NCBI GenBank assembly: GCA_036630325.1
Contig: CP142735.1
Location: 124,001-188,000 of the forward strand
Direction of reading: 5' to 3'
Length of the DNA stretch: 64,000 nt
Origin: Vairimorpha necatrix
Lineage: Eukaryota
Positions within the stretch are counted from its first letter, which is position 1; every line of letters begins with the position of its first letter. Both the position numbers and the translations under genes were made by a program. Under the pieces are notes generated by a model that was not told where the DNA came from, made no database searches, and worked only from the letters and a program-made list of their open reading frames with translations. This document shows, piece after piece, positions 62,262 through 64,000 of this stretch.

Positions 62262-62900
62262 GGAAGACCGTGGATCATTTAGCTACCAAGTGTGATCAAA
62301 TGTTGGGTTTTGATTATATGAAAAGACACAACGATGTAGTTAGATTCATTCATCTCTTACTATGTATTAAATATGGGTTTAAGAAGACAAAGAAAATAAC
62401 GGGGACACTCAGTACAAGAGATCATGGAAAATGATCGTGCAGAAATAAGAATATAACCAATGTAAAGGTGACCCATAATAAGCCAGATATTCTTGTGTTT
62501 GACAAGAAGAAGAAAGAAATTTTAATAGTTGAAGTTGATATAACCAACCAGGATCGACTTACTATAGTCGAGAATGAGAAACTACGAAAGTATGACCTTC
62601 TTGCAAATGAACTGGGACTAATACATAAATCTCGAACAAATATAGTTCCTTATGTATTGACATAGGATGAAGTGGTGACCAAATATCACAGAAAGTACAT
62701 CGGGAAGCTGGAAATCCAACCCTACCTGGAAGAATACATCCAGTCTATTGTGATGAGAAGACTCTAGAGTCCATCTCTTTGGAACGACGACGAGGATACG
62801 ATCAGGAGGATGCAGGAGAAGAAGAAGTGGCTAGAGCTGTATGCGCACTAGATAATATGGCGACTTATAAAGAAGTGGTGTCGGCAAAGTGAATGAAGCT
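62262..62900 (+). pseudogene. 5'-truncated non-LTR retrotransposon remnant (REL endonuclease)
   Basis: TVDHLATKC, RHNDVV, NKPDILVFD, EKLRKYDLLANELG. Confidence 0.85.
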
Positions 62901-63059
62901 TAAAAGGGGAAGTTGAAAAGCATTAATACTTCCACAAAAACCAAAGTCTGTGAAGAGCAGAATTCGATGGCGATACGGGGGAAGCTGTGTTAAAACTAAA
63001 TATAATTAGTTATAAATTAGCCCAATAAATTATTTATTTTATATTTTTTTTTCTTGAAA

Positions 63060-63660
63060 ATGCAGAGGAATTCCAGGTAGTATAACAAACGGCATAATGA
63101 ACCGCCGTGTCCTTAGAAAGATTAACTATGCTCAAGGAGGATATTTGAATAAATACAATTTAATTAACAACAAAACTTTAGCACCAGGGAATGCATCATA
63201 GAATGCTATCTAAGGAATGACCAACTCCCGGGTAATACCTCAATGAACTCATTAGTACTAGAAAAAATTAATAGTATTTAGAAACAAAATGTTGATAAAG
63301 CGTATACCACATTTGATAAGACAATAGAGGGAACTACAATAGTAGTTGAAGAAAAAATTCTTAAATTAAGAAATGTAAAACGAGATTGCAATCTAAAGCA
63401 TCTTGAACCCTTTTGAAAGCTAGGAACTGCTAATAAATGGACTGATGAGCAGATGGAATATATCTACCATTCCTTGATAGAAGATCTTAAGGTGAAAGAT
63501 AAGCTAACCAAGAAAAGCTTCAAAAAACAAAAAAAAAAGAACTGCTGGAACTTAGATATTCAAAAAATGATGTAGCATAATTAACGGGGATGGAAACCAT
63601 AAAACAGGTCAATTATGAAAGTATTGTAGTATACTATGAAAAGATAGAGTAGATGAATGA
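63060..63660 (+). pseudogene. Possible decayed gag-like remnant
   Basis: ANKWTDEQMEYIYHSL fragment in purine-rich sequence with many stops. Confidence 0.25.
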
Positions 63661-64000
63661 AGTACACAGACTATCAATGAACGGCGCAACGGGCTGAGCC
63701 CGGACCTTTTTTTCTCTCTAAGGGTCCCCCTAGAGAGAAAGAAAAAAATAAAAGCTTTCTATTCTAAGAAAACTCCAATAATTTCAATAAAGAATTCTCT
63801 GCAACTCTTAATATTTTTATATATTTTGCACCTTCTTCTCCATTTAAATTCCTCCAAAAAATCTGGGATCGCACTTTCTTTGATCCCTTTTCAAGATATT
63901 ATATCACATTTTAGTTGTACCAGACACCCTCTATTAGATTTGTGGTCTCTCCTGCTTCGTTTTTACCCCCGTCATCGTGGACTACAACGCGATGATCACC

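Noticed and set aside
63440..63475. CTGATGAG hammerhead-like core
   Set aside because: No properly placed stem II, GAAA and stem III

Overview
AT-rich eukaryotic DNA from a microsporidian. The rDNA (order SSU-ITS-LSU, ~1.25 kb SSU, 5.8S fused to LSU) points to the Vairimorpha/Nosema group, most like Vairimorpha. Layout: (1) 1-13 kb is gene-poor, with a non-autonomous Merlin element and two paralogs of an uncharacterised secreted family; (2) 13-34 kb is a compact core with tRNA-Ser, RPL10, a mini bromodomain/histone-fold protein, a NOP10 missed by the ORF track, a Utp12-domain protein, a repeat-bearing ricin-B lectin, DHHC, RRS1, ABCG, VMA6, PUS10, a secreted trehalase and PUS1; (3) one stand-alone rDNA unit at 34.3-38.0 kb carrying substitutions at normally invariant positions, including the sarcin-ricin loop; (4) 38-64 kb is transposon-dense, with several Merlin elements, a young and very compact Ty3/gypsy element that has identical LTRs but no tRNA primer site, solo LTRs, REL-type non-LTR remnants, a second lectin and a third secreted paralog. 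Two unexplained dispersed non-coding families (~510 bp GC-rich, and a 72-bp G.U-supported hairpin) are also present. All calls come from reading the sequence; no searches were run.
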